64,000 nucleotides of DNA from an uncultured Clostridia bacterium (GCA_964548075.1 CAZJQQ010000003.1:71254-135253); one strand, 5' to 3'. Positions 1-10,381 are shown, counted from the first letter of the stretch. Made by a program: numbers and translations. Notes: a model not told the origin generated them from the sequence alone.

Positions 1-146
1 CTAGATGTTTTTCTAACTGCTTGAGCGAGTCTTCTGTTTCAGTGTGGATTGTCATCGGGGCTCCCGTTCTCAGAGGCTCTCGCTCCCACTCCCACTCCTA
101 CTGCCAAGAGTCATTCTGAATTATTGTCCATCGGTGTTACGAAACG

Positions 147-180
147 AAAAAGGGAGACCGCCACTCTGTGCGATCTCCCG
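147..180 (-). terminator. Rho-independent terminator downstream of the TonB-receptor remnant
   Basis: Minus strand reads GGGAGATCGC-ACAGAGTG-GCGGTCTCCC-TTTTT, a GC stem followed by a U-tract, about 30 nt after the stop at 211. Confidence 0.75.
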
Positions 181-210
181 AATCTTACTCCAGGTTAGCA
201 AAAGCAAGAA

Positions 211-501
211 CTAGAAAATAATCTTCGCCGCGAGCTGAATGTTACGCGGGTTCAAGCTCGTCGTGGCCGTGCCAAAGCCCGGCGCCACTGTGAACGTCTG
301 ATTCGGGAACGTACCAGTCGTGTTGAACATCACGTTCTGAATACGGTCGAAGTTCACCCGGTTGAATGCGTTGAACGCCTCTACTATCAACTGAAGCCGC
401 GCGCGCTCGTAGAACCGAATCTCGCGCGTGATCCTCGGATCGAAGCTCACGAATCCCGGGCTGCTGAACGTGTTCCGCCCAACTTTGGGCACACGAAACA
501 A
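211..501 (-). pseudogene. C-terminal remnant of an Oar-like TonB-dependent receptor
   Basis: GRNTF..PGF..FD.RI.R...E.FN.FN.VNF and terminal PRNIQLAAKIIF are typical beta-barrel C-terminal motifs; only 96 aa, with an in-frame TAA five codons upstream and no signal peptide. Confidence 0.75.
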
Positions 502-506
502 GTGCG

Positions 507-1484
507 CTATTGCTTAAGTAAGGTCTTGACTAAGAAGGCGAGCCCCGCGGTCGAAGCTGCCGCTATGGTTCCAAACAAAAGCCCCATTCCGACCGCTGCT
601 GAAGGTCCTTCAGTAGCCGCTCCGATGATTCCTGCTATGATGGCTACGGCAATTCCAACGATGCGGCCCCAGCGGCTGACCGCCGCGACGCTCCCGAAAC
701 CCGCGCCGAAAATTACGCCGATTACTGCGGGAATTATCGGGGAAAGCCGACTCTGGTTGTTCGCAACTTCATAAAACCCTGCAAGCATCCCGTTACTCCC
801 ACCCAAGATTGCTCCGATGATCGATCCGTACATGAGCCTTGTCGTTGGAATCTTTTTTGTGATCCCAGTGAATATTGAGGGATCTCTTGTTGGAGGCGGT
901 GGGGGCCGAACGGCGACGGCGGTGAGCGGGCGGCCGCTGGGCTCTTGAGCAACTCGACTCGCATCAGCGACTCGATTCGGACTGCTAGCAGTCCCCACCG
1001 AACCGGTGGGTTTGATGGGGAGTGACTCGCCCTTCTTGATTATTGTCTCGCCCGTCCGAGTCGTCGAACTCGGTTCGATCCGCGCAGTTACATAACGGAG
1101 GATCTTCTGGAACGCTGCAGGCTGAAGCGGTATGACCTCATAGTATCGAAGGCTGGGGGGAAGATCGCTGGCCCTGAGATTCCCGGCTACAACCGTTATG
1201 AGGTTACCAGCCTTGCGCCCGGAGCGCTTCTCATTGATGAACAGGCCCCACTCGGCCTCAACCCACGAGGACGTGACGTTCGCTCTCGAGCTGGTTACGA
1301 CGATCATATGCTGAGCGCTATCGAGCGCATCGTCTATCTGTTTTCGGTAGTCGGAGCTTGCAAGCTCCGGCAGTGATTCCTGGCTGAAGAAAACAGTCAG
1401 CCCTTGCGACTTGAGAAACCGATAGATCGGTTCTGCGTATTGATAGTCCGCGCTTCGAGCGCTTATGAAAGTCAGAGCAGCCAT
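507..1484 (-). CDS. TIR domain protein with Pro/Thr-rich linker and C-terminal Gly-rich transmembrane helices
   Basis: N-terminal FIS...D, IDDAL...IVV.S, S.WVEAEW (TIR catalytic Glu motif); hydrophobic GxxxG-rich C-terminus. Confidence 0.85.
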   Translation of the reverse strand: MAALTFISARSADYQYAEPIYRFLKSQGLTVFFSQESLPELASSDYRKQIDDALDSAQHMIVVTSSRANVTSSWVEAEWGLFINEKRSGRKAGNLITVVAGNLRASDLPPSLRYYEVIPLQPAAFQKILRYVTARIEPSSTTRTGETIIKKGESLPIKPTGSVGTASSPNRVADASRVAQEPSGRPLTAVAVRPPPPPTRDPSIFTGITKKIPTTRLMYGSIIGAILGGSNGMLAGFYEVANNQSRLSPIIPAVIGVIFGAGFGSVAAVSRWGRIVGIAVAIIAGIIGAATEGPSAAVGMGLLFGTIAAASTAGLAFLVKTLLKQ

Positions 1485-1566
1485 AACTAAGGACTCGCAG
1501 TCGGGATCGGGCCGACGAGACCTGTTTGAATCATAACGTCATCGAAGTTTCATTGAGACTCAGGGA

Positions 1567-2949
1567 TCAATACCGCCCGCTGAACGCGCTGCGCTTGAGA
1601 AACTGCCCATCACCTGGTTTGCCGCCGAACTTGCCATCTTCTATCACAACTCTTCCCCGAGAGAGCACCGTCTTCGTCACGCCTTTCACTTTCATTCCTT
1701 CATACGCACTGTAATCCACGTTCATATGATGTGTCGCTGCGGAGAGTATCTGTTCCTCGTTCGGATCGAAGATGACGATGTCGGCGTCCGAACCAACCGC
1801 GATCGTGCCTTTGCGCGGGAAGAGCCCAAACAGCCTGGCAGCCGATGTTGAAGTAAGCTCGACAAAGCGGTTCAAACCGATCTTCCCCCCTGCCACCCCG
1901 CCGTTGTAGATCAGGCTCATGCGGTGTTCGACTCCCGGCCCACCGTTTGGGATCTTGGTGAAATCGTCGCGGCCGAGTTCCTTCTCCTTCATGCAAAACG
2001 GACAATGGTCGGTCGAGATGACTTGCAGATCGTTGCCCTGGAGCCCTTGCCATAGCTTGTCCTGGTTCCACTTCTCGCGCAGCGGCGGAGTCATCACCCA
2101 CTTTGCGCCTTCGAATCCTTCACGCTCGTACAGCGAGTAGTCCAGGAACAGATACTGCGGACACGTCTCGGCATAGGCCGGCAGCCCGTTGTCGCGAGCT
2201 TCGCGAACCTCTTCAAGCGCGTCCGCGCAGCTCAGGTGAACGATGTACACGGGAGCCTCGGCCATCTCCGCAATCGCGATCGCGCGGTGTACGCCTTCGG
2301 CTTCGGCCTTAGTGGGCCGAGTCAGCGCGTGATACTTCGGCGCGGTTTTGCCTTCGGCGAGCGCGTGTTTGATGATCTCGTTGATGACGATTCCATTTTC
2401 GGCGTGCATGCAGATCAACCCGCCCCACTGGCCGGCGTTCTTCATCGCGCGAAAGATTGTCGCGTCATCCACCAGAAACACCCCCGGGTAAGCCATGAAC
2501 ATCTTGAAGCTCATGACTCCTTCGTTGATGAGCTGGCGCATCTCGGGCACGCGCTCGTCCGGCAAGTCGGTGGTGATCAGATGGAAGCCGTAGTCGATTG
2601 CGGTCTTACCCTCGGCTTTCTTGTGCCAGTTGTCGACGGCTTGAATCAGCGATTCGCCGTGATACTGAACCGCGAAGTCGATGATGGTCGTAGTCCCGCC
2701 GTGAGCCGCAGCGATCGTGCCCGTACGGAAGTCATCGGAAGCGAACGTGCCTCCGAACGGCAGTTCCATGTGCGTATGCGGGTCAATGCCGCCGGGAATG
2801 ACAAGCTTGCCGGAAGCGTCGATCACCTTGTCGGCTTCCATGTCGAGGCTGCGCCCGATAACCGCGACCTTGTCATCCTCGATCAAAATATCAGCGTTGT
2901 AGTTGTCGACTGCGGTTACGACGTTGCCATTTTTGATTAGAACTTTCAT
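1567..2949 (-). CDS. hydA: Dihydropyrimidinase / D-hydantoinase
   Basis: PGGIDPHTH, GGTTTIIDF, SFKMFMAY, HAENG, VHLS, ETCPQYL, STDHCPF amidohydrolase motifs; 460 aa. Confidence 0.95.
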   Translation of the reverse strand: MKVLIKNGNVVTAVDNYNADILIEDDKVAVIGRSLDMEADKVIDASGKLVIPGGIDPHTHMELPFGGTFASDDFRTGTIAAAHGGTTTIIDFAVQYHGESLIQAVDNWHKKAEGKTAIDYGFHLITTDLPDERVPEMRQLINEGVMSFKMFMAYPGVFLVDDATIFRAMKNAGQWGGLICMHAENGIVINEIIKHALAEGKTAPKYHALTRPTKAEAEGVHRAIAIAEMAEAPVYIVHLSCADALEEVREARDNGLPAYAETCPQYLFLDYSLYEREGFEGAKWVMTPPLREKWNQDKLWQGLQGNDLQVISTDHCPFCMKEKELGRDDFTKIPNGGPGVEHRMSLIYNGGVAGGKIGLNRFVELTSTSAARLFGLFPRKGTIAVGSDADIVIFDPNEEQILSAATHHMNVDYSAYEGMKVKGVTKTVLSRGRVVIEDGKFGGKPGDGQFLKRSAFSGRY

Positions 2950-2960
2950 TGCGCTGACCT

Positions 2961-3049
2961 CTTGGTGAGTCTTCGTGTCTTAGTGGCAAGAGCATTTCCT
3001 CGGAGCATAACCCAATTAGTGTACCTTCGTGTCTTAGTGCCTTAGTGGC
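2961..3049. repeat. Short-period CTT(C/A)GTG(T/C) repeat element, two tracts
   Basis: cttggtgagtcttcgtgtcttagtggc and cttcgtgtcttagtgccttagtggc. Confidence 0.6.
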
Positions 3050-3179
3050 GGATGTCCCAGGCAGGCCCATTAAACAACGGGCGCAGTCGTGCGTCAACGT
3101 CGGGTAGTGTCCTAATCTTGTGTTGCTCGAACCACCATGTTATTCTCCCGGGCGCGATGACCCCCATCCGTTTTGCAGT

Positions 3180-3209
3180 TTGACTTCTCATTAAGCCGGT
3201 AGATAGAAT
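3180..3209 (+). promoter_or_regulatory. Putative sigma70 promoter of the three-gene island
   Basis: TTGACT-N18-TAGAAT about 36 nt upstream of the ATG at 3246. Confidence 0.5.
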
Positions 3210-3245
3210 CGGCATCCTCTTTGGAATCCCTCATCCGGCGGACTT

Positions 3246-3914
3246 ATGGCGGTATTGAGAATACCAGAAAGCGATTATCCCGGCCTTGCGGCCCTCGTTG
3301 CATTAAAAGGTGACGCTATGGCCGAACTGCTCTCGGCTTTGGCTGACGCGCCGCCAATGTCTGACGCCCACGAGCTGGCCACGGCTATATCCGCAGGGAC
3401 CAAAAGCATTCCGCAGGACATCGCTCCGGTTCTTGCCAGGATTACCATCAGTCTCAACTACGGCAGGGCGCTTTTGGATTACTCAATTCCTGATTTTGCA
3501 AAAGCAATTTGCGATGCAATGGAAGAAACAGGACTTGAAACATTGAAGTTATCGGGGGATAGAGCACGTTTTGAGAATGAATTAGTAAAGATACTTAGTA
3601 TTGAATCGATCAGTGCGTCAATAAAGGCACAGACCGTTCTGCATGAATACGAACATGTGATATGCAACGCGCGACTCCTGACCGATCTGCGGCCAATCTT
3701 CGGTTCTGGTCAGATAGAAGCGCCGATAGGCATGGGAATTGTTCATACCCTAAGAATCCGGTATCATGAAGGCGAGCAAATGAAAGAGTTTTTTGTGGCT
3801 ATGGACGGCGATGAGCTTGAAGAGCTGGCAGAGATCTTGGAACGGGCTAAGGCAAAAGAGAAAAGCTTACAAGCCTTTCTCGAAAAGGCCGGTGTACCTG
3901 AGATAACAACGTAA
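3246..3914 (+). CDS. Hypothetical protein, helical N-terminus and COMM-domain-like C-terminus
   Basis: 222-aa ORF; C-terminal beta-beta-beta-alpha pattern ARLLTDLRPIF / IVHTLRIRY / EFFVAMD / ELEELAEILERAKAK; fold call is inference. Confidence 0.7.
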   Translation: MAVLRIPESDYPGLAALVALKGDAMAELLSALADAPPMSDAHELATAISAGTKSIPQDIAPVLARITISLNYGRALLDYSIPDFAKAICDAMEETGLETLKLSGDRARFENELVKILSIESISASIKAQTVLHEYEHVICNARLLTDLRPIFGSGQIEAPIGMGIVHTLRIRYHEGEQMKEFFVAMDGDELEELAEILERAKAKEKSLQAFLEKAGVPEITT

Positions 3915-3924
3915 GGGTGAGCAA

Positions 3925-4515
3925 GTGTCTGCGAGGATAACCAAATGCGGGAATTTCTACACTACTGGCCATCGGTGGTCGGCCAGAATAGGTGTGCCAA
4001 GAATCACATTGAAGCATAGATTGTGTTCGGAGTCAGAGCGATATAGAGACTATGTAATACCCGGTGAATCTCAGAAGAAATACGACCCTATATCCCAACT
4101 GGAAGTTGCGGTGTCGATTAGAAACGCCCGCGCATTCGAGAATATCCTGGAAAGTATCAATTGGGAAAACCGTTCGGCATCGGAGTTCAATCGCGTAATC
4201 GATTTAGCGTTAAGAATGGGTGCATATAAGTCCGCGCGACGGATCTCCCGGATGGGACAAGCACGGTATCCCCAAGATGACAGGATACAAAAGTATCATA
4301 CAGTATTAGCTGAACCGGCTGTCACGCAACGAGCGGTTCCTTTTAATCCTTCGATCAGGGCCAACCGGGATTGGTTGAGAGCGCATCGGGATGAGTACCG
4401 AGGGAAATGGATCGGCCTTCAAAACGGAAACCTGCTCAGTTCCGCCGACTCGATTGATGAATTAATCGCGTCCATAGGTGAGGGCCAGGGCGTGTTGATA
4501 ACCCGGGTACCCTGA
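3925..4515 (+). CDS. DUF5678-like protein with preceding helical-hairpin segment (start uncertain)
   Basis: C-terminal NRDWLRAHRDEYRGKWIGLQNGNLLSSADSIDEL matches the DUF5678 pattern (WL..H..EY.GKW.A...G). Confidence 0.7.
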   Translation: MSARITKCGNFYTTGHRWSARIGVPRITLKHRLCSESERYRDYVIPGESQKKYDPISQLEVAVSIRNARAFENILESINWENRSASEFNRVIDLALRMGAYKSARRISRMGQARYPQDDRIQKYHTVLAEPAVTQRAVPFNPSIRANRDWLRAHRDEYRGKWIGLQNGNLLSSADSIDELIASIGEGQGVLITRVP

Positions 4516-4965
4516 ATGTTAATGCTTAATGGGGAACCGTTCACGCAGGGTGCGCAACCATACCTGTACGGTCCCATCGCTACCGGAGAAAATGACAACC
4601 GTGTCATACTCGAAGTTGTCATTGAAGGATTCACGACTCAAGCGATGTTAGATACAGGTGCGGCTTTTCTCGTCTGTGCACCAAGCGTAGCGAACAGATT
4701 TAACCTTGATCCCACCACGGCGATTGATCGTGCAAGGCTATTTATTCGCGGTGCATATGTGACTGGTGCGCTCTATAGACTCGACCTAACCTTTCCTGCT
4801 GAACAAGGAAATGAGTTAACAGTGAGTGCAACTACGTTTGTTCCCGATCCTGGCATTCCGTGGCCTGGAGTACCGTCAATAGTGGGACTAGAGGGGTGTC
4901 TGGAACGAATCCGGTTTGCATTAGATACATCCGATGATACTTTTTACTTTGGGGCACACCCATAG
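4516..4965 (+). CDS. Retropepsin-like (clan AA) aspartyl protease
   Basis: AMLDTGA catalytic motif and C-terminal SIVGLEGCL; ATG abuts the upstream TGA. Confidence 0.85.
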   Translation: MLMLNGEPFTQGAQPYLYGPIATGENDNRVILEVVIEGFTTQAMLDTGAAFLVCAPSVANRFNLDPTTAIDRARLFIRGAYVTGALYRLDLTFPAEQGNELTVSATTFVPDPGIPWPGVPSIVGLEGCLERIRFALDTSDDTFYFGAHP

Positions 4966-5181
4966 CCTTAAACTACGTAAGCAGCTCTCTCATTGTCCAA
5001 ACATGATCCGTGATTCCTGCTTCCATCGCTGGTGTTACTCTCAAAGTCTCGCCGAAATAGTCCCACTTTGACTTTCACCATTGGCCGCTCTTGGTTAGAA
5101 TGGTCTTCCTTTCACCAACCGTCCGATCGGTCGGTTGGCGCTAATTCCAGGAATCGGGTCGTCAATGAGGAGGTTTGATCA

Positions 5182-6849
5182 ATGACACCGAAACAAGATC
5201 AAGACGCCAAGGATCACCTAATAGGCCGCCGTTCCTTCCTGACGTCGACTGCACAAGCAGTCGCTGCAAGCGCATTCCTGCCCGGCATGCTGACCAGGAG
5301 TCTTTCGGATACCGCGAACGGCACGACCGCGACTGTATCAACAACCGCAGGCAAAGTCCGCGGGCGGATCGTTGATGACGTGAACACCTTCAAGGGGATT
5401 CCATATGGCGCGCCGACCGGCGGCGCGAATCGGTTTATGCCGCCTAAGCCGCCCGATCCGTGGACCGGTGTGCGCGACGCCTTCGAATTTGGGCACTACG
5501 CTCCGCAGTCCAACCGGCCGCGCGGCGATAAGCAGCGCCAGTTTTTCCGAATCCTGGGAGCCGGCAAGCCCAACGACGCGAGCGAGGATTGTCTCTATCT
5601 CAACGTTTGGACGCGAGGAGTAAACGACGGGAGAAAGCGCCCGGTGATGGTGTGGTTTCACGGCGGCGGGTACGACCAGGGTACCGGCGGCTCGATTGGC
5701 TACGACGGCGCTGGGCTCGCGCAGCACCAGGATGTCGTTGTCGTTAGCGTGAACCACCGGCTGAACGTCCTGGGCTACTTGTTCCTTGGTGATGCCGGAG
5801 GCTCGGAATTCGAAGCCTCGGCCAACGCCGGCCAGCTTGATCTGGTAGCCTCCCTTCAGTGGGTTCGCGATAACATCAACGCGTTCGGCGGCGATCCGAA
5901 CAAAGTGCTGATCTTCGGACAGTCGGGCGGCGGCGGCAAGGTCTCGACGCTGTTGGCTATGCCCGGCGCGAAGGGCCTCTTCCATCGTGCGGTCATCGAA
6001 AGCGGCGCATCTCTGCGAGGCGGCCCGCGCGATGCGGCGACAAAGACCGCCGAAACGCTGATGAAAGAGCTTGGGTTGAGCAAGGGTCAGGGGCGTGAGC
6101 TGCAGAACATACCGCTCGACAGACTGATGGAGGCTGGGAATAAGGCGCGCTTTGGACCGGTGGTTGATGGTAAGGTTCTGCCGGCGCATCCATTCGAGCC
6201 GGTAGCGACTCCACTGTCGGCCGATGTGCCGGTGATCGTCGGCTACACGCGAACTGAACGCACGGTATATGAGATTGATTCTCCGGATTACGGCAAGCTG
6301 GATGAAGCGGGACTGCTGGCAAACGTCAAGCGCGGGTTGGGCGATGAAGCTGAAAAGGTGATTGCCGGTTATCGCAAGAAATATCCGAAAGCCACGCCGT
6401 ATGAACTCTCGACGAACATCACGGGTGACGCCGGTGCGATGAATTCAATACGGCTTGCGGAACGGCGCGCGGCTTTGGGCAAAGCGCCGACGTACCTGTA
6501 CGTGTTTGCCTGGGAGACGCCGGTTATGGGACTCCGGTCGCCGCACACGCTTGAGATTCCGTTCGTGTTCAATCACATCGACGTCAGCGAGAGCATGGTC
6601 GGCCCGGTAAACGCCGGCATGCGGAAGCTCGAGGCAGACAGCGCCGGAGCCTGGGCTTCGCTTGCCCGCACGGGAAGTCCGAATCACAAAGGGCTGCCCA
6701 ACTGGCCGGCCTATACGACGGACAAGCGGGCCGTGATGATCTTCGACGCGCCTTGCCGCGTCGAGAACGATCCCACGAGCGAAGTCAGACAGATTATGGA
6801 AAAGCGCGGCGGAAACGTTGGAGGACCGCTGCCTGCGCCCGGCGAGTAG
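5182..6849 (+). CDS. Type-B carboxylesterase with Tat signal
   Basis: GRRSFL Tat motif, [31 protein letters not shown]. Confidence 0.93.
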   Translation: MTPKQDQDAKDHLIGRRSFLTSTAQAVAASAFLPGMLTRSLSDTANGTTATVSTTAGKVRGRIVDDVNTFKGIPYGAPTGGANRFMPPKPPDPWTGVRDAFEFGHYAPQSNRPRGDKQRQFFRILGAGKPNDASEDCLYLNVWTRGVNDGRKRPVMVWFHGGGYDQGTGGSIGYDGAGLAQHQDVVVVSVNHRLNVLGYLFLGDAGGSEFEASANAGQLDLVASLQWVRDNINAFGGDPNKVLIFGQSGGGGKVSTLLAMPGAKGLFHRAVIESGASLRGGPRDAATKTAETLMKELGLSKGQGRELQNIPLDRLMEAGNKARFGPVVDGKVLPAHPFEPVATPLSADVPVIVGYTRTERTVYEIDSPDYGKLDEAGLLANVKRGLGDEAEKVIAGYRKKYPKATPYELSTNITGDAGAMNSIRLAERRAALGKAPTYLYVFAWETPVMGLRSPHTLEIPFVFNHIDVSESMVGPVNAGMRKLEADSAGAWASLARTGSPNHKGLPNWPAYTTDKRAVMIFDAPCRVENDPTSEVRQIMEKRGGNVGGPLPAPGE

Positions 6850-6880
6850 TCAGTCGCGAGCGCACAGGACTGCTTAGACT

Positions 6881-6961
6881 CTTTGCGGTCTCCGCGGTCC
6901 TCGGCGTCTTTGCGAGGAAACGCAAAGTAAGTTTCGCGCAAAGACTCAAAGGATCGCAAAG
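6881..6961. repeat. CTTTGCG/CGCAAAG-type imperfect palindromic repeat
   Basis: ctttgcggtc...gtctttgcgaggaaac / gtttcgcgcaaagac...cgcaaag arms. Confidence 0.6.
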
Positions 6962-6987
6962 TTCAAAACCACTCAGGAGGAAATCAT

Positions 6988-8124
6988 ATGAAAGACTCTC
7001 TCAGATTGATCGCGCTGCTGATCGTGGCCGTCTCGGCAGTGGCATCCACAGGGTACGTCAACGCGAATCCGCAGGAACAATATTTCAGGTTCAAGGATAC
7101 CACCTGCACCGCAACGCCTTACCTTCACTGTCCCGACAGCGAGTGCTCAGGGCCCATAGTGGTAAACCAGGGAAATGTGGTCGAGATGAAGACGCGACGC
7201 ACCTACTTCCTCGATTATCCGTGCGACCTGAAGAAGGGCGAGAAGGTCACCTTTGTCCTCAGTCTGCACGGCGGCGGCTCGTACGGGAACTGGCAGCGCA
7301 ACTATTTCCCGATCATGGACTACAAGGACAAATACCGTCTGGTCATCGCTACTCCGAACGCGCCGACGCGTGCGTGGTCGGCGGCGGACGACGAGTACTT
7401 GCAGAACATCGTCAACTTCGTCGTCGATCAGCTCGGCAAGGAGAACATCAAGGCCTTCTGGCTGGCCGGGCACTCGCAGGGCGGCATGACCTCCAACCGG
7501 ATCGTGCGCACGGATTTCTTTAAGGATAAGGTGGACGGCTGGCTTAGCCTGTCCGGTGGACGCCTGGGTGGGAACCCCGGCCGCGGCGCGACTTTCGCTC
7601 CCACTGGCGCAGGAGCTCCGGGCGCAGCCCCGGCTGCTGCTGGCGCTCCGCCGGCGGCTCCTGGCAGTGCCCGTGCCGGTGCGCCCGGCGCCGCTCCCGC
7701 GGGAGCCCCTCCCGGCATGGCATCGTCAATGGCGGCCTTGCGCGAGCCTCCGGCTGCCGATTTCTCGTTCATCTATGAGACCGGCCAACGCGAGATGGAT
7801 GACAAGGGAATACCAGAGACGTCGGACTGGGCTAAGAGGTACACCTGCGGTGCTCGGAGCAACCCACGAGAAATCGTTGACACCAAGGCTGGGTACGTCT
7901 TTGACAGCACCCGTTTGAATCAGTTGCGTCCAGGCTGGGGACTGCTGCCGGCGCCCGGCAAGGCCCAGGTCTACGCCTATCCGGACTGCAAGGACGGCAG
8001 GATAGTTGCCGACGTCGTCCGCATCGACAAGGGACACACAGAAGGGCTTGAGCCGAAAGTCACCGAAGAGTTGGTCAAGCTGATGCTTTCGGCTAAAGGC
8101 GGCAAGCTGCAACAGACCCCTTAG
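6988..8124 (+). CDS. Secreted alpha/beta hydrolase (PHB-depolymerase/esterase-like), paralog 1
   Basis: Signal peptide, LHGGG, GHSQGG nucleophile elbow, KGHTEG; Ala/Pro/Gly insert. Confidence 0.85.
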   Translation: MKDSLRLIALLIVAVSAVASTGYVNANPQEQYFRFKDTTCTATPYLHCPDSECSGPIVVNQGNVVEMKTRRTYFLDYPCDLKKGEKVTFVLSLHGGGSYGNWQRNYFPIMDYKDKYRLVIATPNAPTRAWSAADDEYLQNIVNFVVDQLGKENIKAFWLAGHSQGGMTSNRIVRTDFFKDKVDGWLSLSGGRLGGNPGRGATFAPTGAGAPGAAPAAAGAPPAAPGSARAGAPGAAPAGAPPGMASSMAALREPPAADFSFIYETGQREMDDKGIPETSDWAKRYTCGARSNPREIVDTKAGYVFDSTRLNQLRPGWGLLPAPGKAQVYAYPDCKDGRIVADVVRIDKGHTEGLEPKVTEELVKLMLSAKGGKLQQTP

Positions 8125-8268
8125 GCCTCAAGTGGCGGCACGGCCGGGCGCAGCACAGCGCCCGGCCGAACCGGCGACAGCTCCGAATGTGAATGATGTT
8201 CGGTCTTCACGCTTAGATATCAGCGGCGCGGGAGACGGATTCCGTTGCACCGCTCTGGAGAAAACTGT

Positions 8269-9360
8269 ATGAAAAAATCGCTCAATGCGATCAGAATTCT
8301 GGCTGTGGCCGTCGCCGCGGTGGTCTTCGTGGGATATGCAAACGCCCAACAGCCGATCCGGTTCGCCGGCGCGACGTGCGCGAAGCCTCCTGTCATGCAC
8401 TGTCCCGACAAGGACTGCACCAGTGAGATGGTGGCGAACGGCGGGCCTGTGGTCGAGCCGAAAACTGGCCGCAACTACTTCCTCGATTACCCCTGCGATC
8501 TGAAAGCGGGTGAGAAAGTCACCTTCATCCTGAGTCTGCACGGCGGCGGCTCTTATGGAAACTGGCAGCGCCACTACTTCCCGCTGCTGGACTACGTGGA
8601 CAAGTACCGGCTGGTCGTCGCTACGCCGTTCTCGCCGAGGCGGGCGTGGTCTCCGGCGGACGACGAGTACCTGCAGAACATCGTCACTTCGGTCGTTGAG
8701 CAGCTCGGCAAGCAGAACATCAAGGCGTTCTGGCTGGCTGGACATTCGCAGGGCGGGCAGACTTCCAATAGGCTTCTGCTGACGGATTTTTACCGTGACA
8801 GAGTGGATGGTTGGGTCAGTCTTTCGGGCGGGCGACTTGGTTCAAAGCGTAGTGAAGTGCGCGCGGCGATCCCTCGCGGTTCAGGCGGAGGCCCGCCGCC
8901 CGGGGCAACTGCACCGCCTCCGACAACCGCAACTCCCGGAGGCGCCCCGCCGGAGATGCGACTGGTGGCCGATGCCTCGGTGCTGCCGAGCGGTGAGTTT
9001 TCGCACATCTACGCGTCGGGTCAGCACGAACTGCCAACCACAGGCCTGCCCGACAATTCGCGCTGGGCGGAGAAGTTGAAGTGCGGCGCGCGGCGCAAGC
9101 CGCAGGAGATCGTAGACACCAAGGCCGGTTATCTCTACGATGGGCGCGAACAACCAAACCCTAACCCGGTGTGGGGATCAAAGGCGCGCCCCGGCAAGGC
9201 CGAGGTGTTCGTCTATCCGGATTGCAAGGACGGTCGTGTCGTTGCCGACATCATCCGCGTTGATAAGGGGCATACTGAAGGTCTCGAACCGAAAGTCACC
9301 GAAGAGATCATCAAGCTGATGCTCTCGGCGAAGGGTGGCAAGCTTCAACAGTCGCGATAG
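8269..9360 (+). CDS. Secreted alpha/beta hydrolase, paralog 2
   Basis: GGAG RBS before ATG 8269; same motifs as paralog 1 ([30 protein letters not shown]). Confidence 0.85.
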   Translation: MKKSLNAIRILAVAVAAVVFVGYANAQQPIRFAGATCAKPPVMHCPDKDCTSEMVANGGPVVEPKTGRNYFLDYPCDLKAGEKVTFILSLHGGGSYGNWQRHYFPLLDYVDKYRLVVATPFSPRRAWSPADDEYLQNIVTSVVEQLGKQNIKAFWLAGHSQGGQTSNRLLLTDFYRDRVDGWVSLSGGRLGSKRSEVRAAIPRGSGGGPPPGATAPPPTTATPGGAPPEMRLVADASVLPSGEFSHIYASGQHELPTTGLPDNSRWAEKLKCGARRKPQEIVDTKAGYLYDGREQPNPNPVWGSKARPGKAEVFVYPDCKDGRVVADIIRVDKGHTEGLEPKVTEEIIKLMLSAKGGKLQQSR

Positions 9361-9408
9361 CGTTATCAACGATGACTTGAAATCAATCTTCCAGAGGAGA
9401 GCAAACCG

Positions 9409-10323
9409 ATGATTAGCCGTTCACTTCTTTGCATATTGATGCTAGCCACTTGCGCAACTGCGCAGAACGCGACGCCGCCCCAGGTGGAGATCATTCCAGA
9501 CGTGGTCTATGGGCACAAAGATGGGCTTGCCTTGACCTTCGATGTCCTGAAACCGAAGGCTAACGCAAACGGGGCTGCCGTTATCTTCATGGTTAGCGCG
9601 GGATGGGTTTCGTCCTACAGCCCGCCGCAGCAAACGGCTGTGCGCTTCAAGGATCTTCTCGATAAAGGCTTCACCGTGATTCCGGTTCGACACGGGAGCA
9701 GTCCGAGGTATGTCATTCCGGATATTGTTACAGACGTTCGGCGCGCAGTTCGTTTTATTCGCTACAACGCCAAACAGTGGGGCGTTGATCCGAATCGATT
9801 GGGCGTGTTTGGAGGCAGCGCAGGCGGACACCTATCACTTGTAATCGGCACGGCCTCGGACAACGGCGACCCCGTTGCCAAGGAGGACTTCATGAAAGAG
9901 AGCGATCGAGTTGCTTCGATAGTTGCCTATTTTCCGCCGGTCGATCTGCGGTCGATCGCACGGGGCGTCAATCCTGCGCCCACGGGTGGGACCGGAGATC
10001 GCTTTCCGGCGCTAAACTTCGATAAGGCGAAAGCGCCGGACTATTCGCCGATTCTATTCGTGACGCCCGACGACCCGCCGACGCTGCTCATTCACGGTGA
10101 CAAGGACGATCTGGTGCCGATTAGCAACAGCCAGCGAATCTACGACGCGTTCCAGCAGAACAAAGTAAAGACACAGTTCATCGTCATCGAAGGCGCCAGC
10201 CACGGATTTCGCGGCGACGATGCGAAACGAGCCACTGCGGCAATGGTGGCCTGGTTTGAGCAGACTTTGCTCAAGAGTCAGCCCGAAGCGAAAGCCGTAA
10301 GCCCCGAGAAATCGAAGCAGTGA
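9409..10323 (+). CDS. Secreted alpha/beta hydrolase (Aes/BD-FAE-like esterase)
   Basis: Signal peptide, GGSAGGHL, HGDKDDLVP, GASHGF. Confidence 0.88.
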   Translation: MISRSLLCILMLATCATAQNATPPQVEIIPDVVYGHKDGLALTFDVLKPKANANGAAVIFMVSAGWVSSYSPPQQTAVRFKDLLDKGFTVIPVRHGSSPRYVIPDIVTDVRRAVRFIRYNAKQWGVDPNRLGVFGGSAGGHLSLVIGTASDNGDPVAKEDFMKESDRVASIVAYFPPVDLRSIARGVNPAPTGGTGDRFPALNFDKAKAPDYSPILFVTPDDPPTLLIHGDKDDLVPISNSQRIYDAFQQNKVKTQFIVIEGASHGFRGDDAKRATAAMVAWFEQTLLKSQPEAKAVSPEKSKQ

Positions 10324-10381
10324 AGTCCAGAAATTCAGTGCGTTATCAACTGTGAGCTTCGCTCTGTAAAAAGGAGAAGAT

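Noticed and set aside
1485-1566. GTTATGA upstream of the TIR gene as a cassette boundary
   Set aside because: No attC-like palindrome follows the TIR gene; a short match is expected by chance
5068-5101. TTGACT...TAGAAT promoter for the first esterase
   Set aside because: The 22-nt spacing is too long for sigma70
6753-7523. 256-aa alternative-frame ORF and similar overlapping ORFs
   Set aside because: Arg-rich shadow frames of GC-rich genes with no motifs
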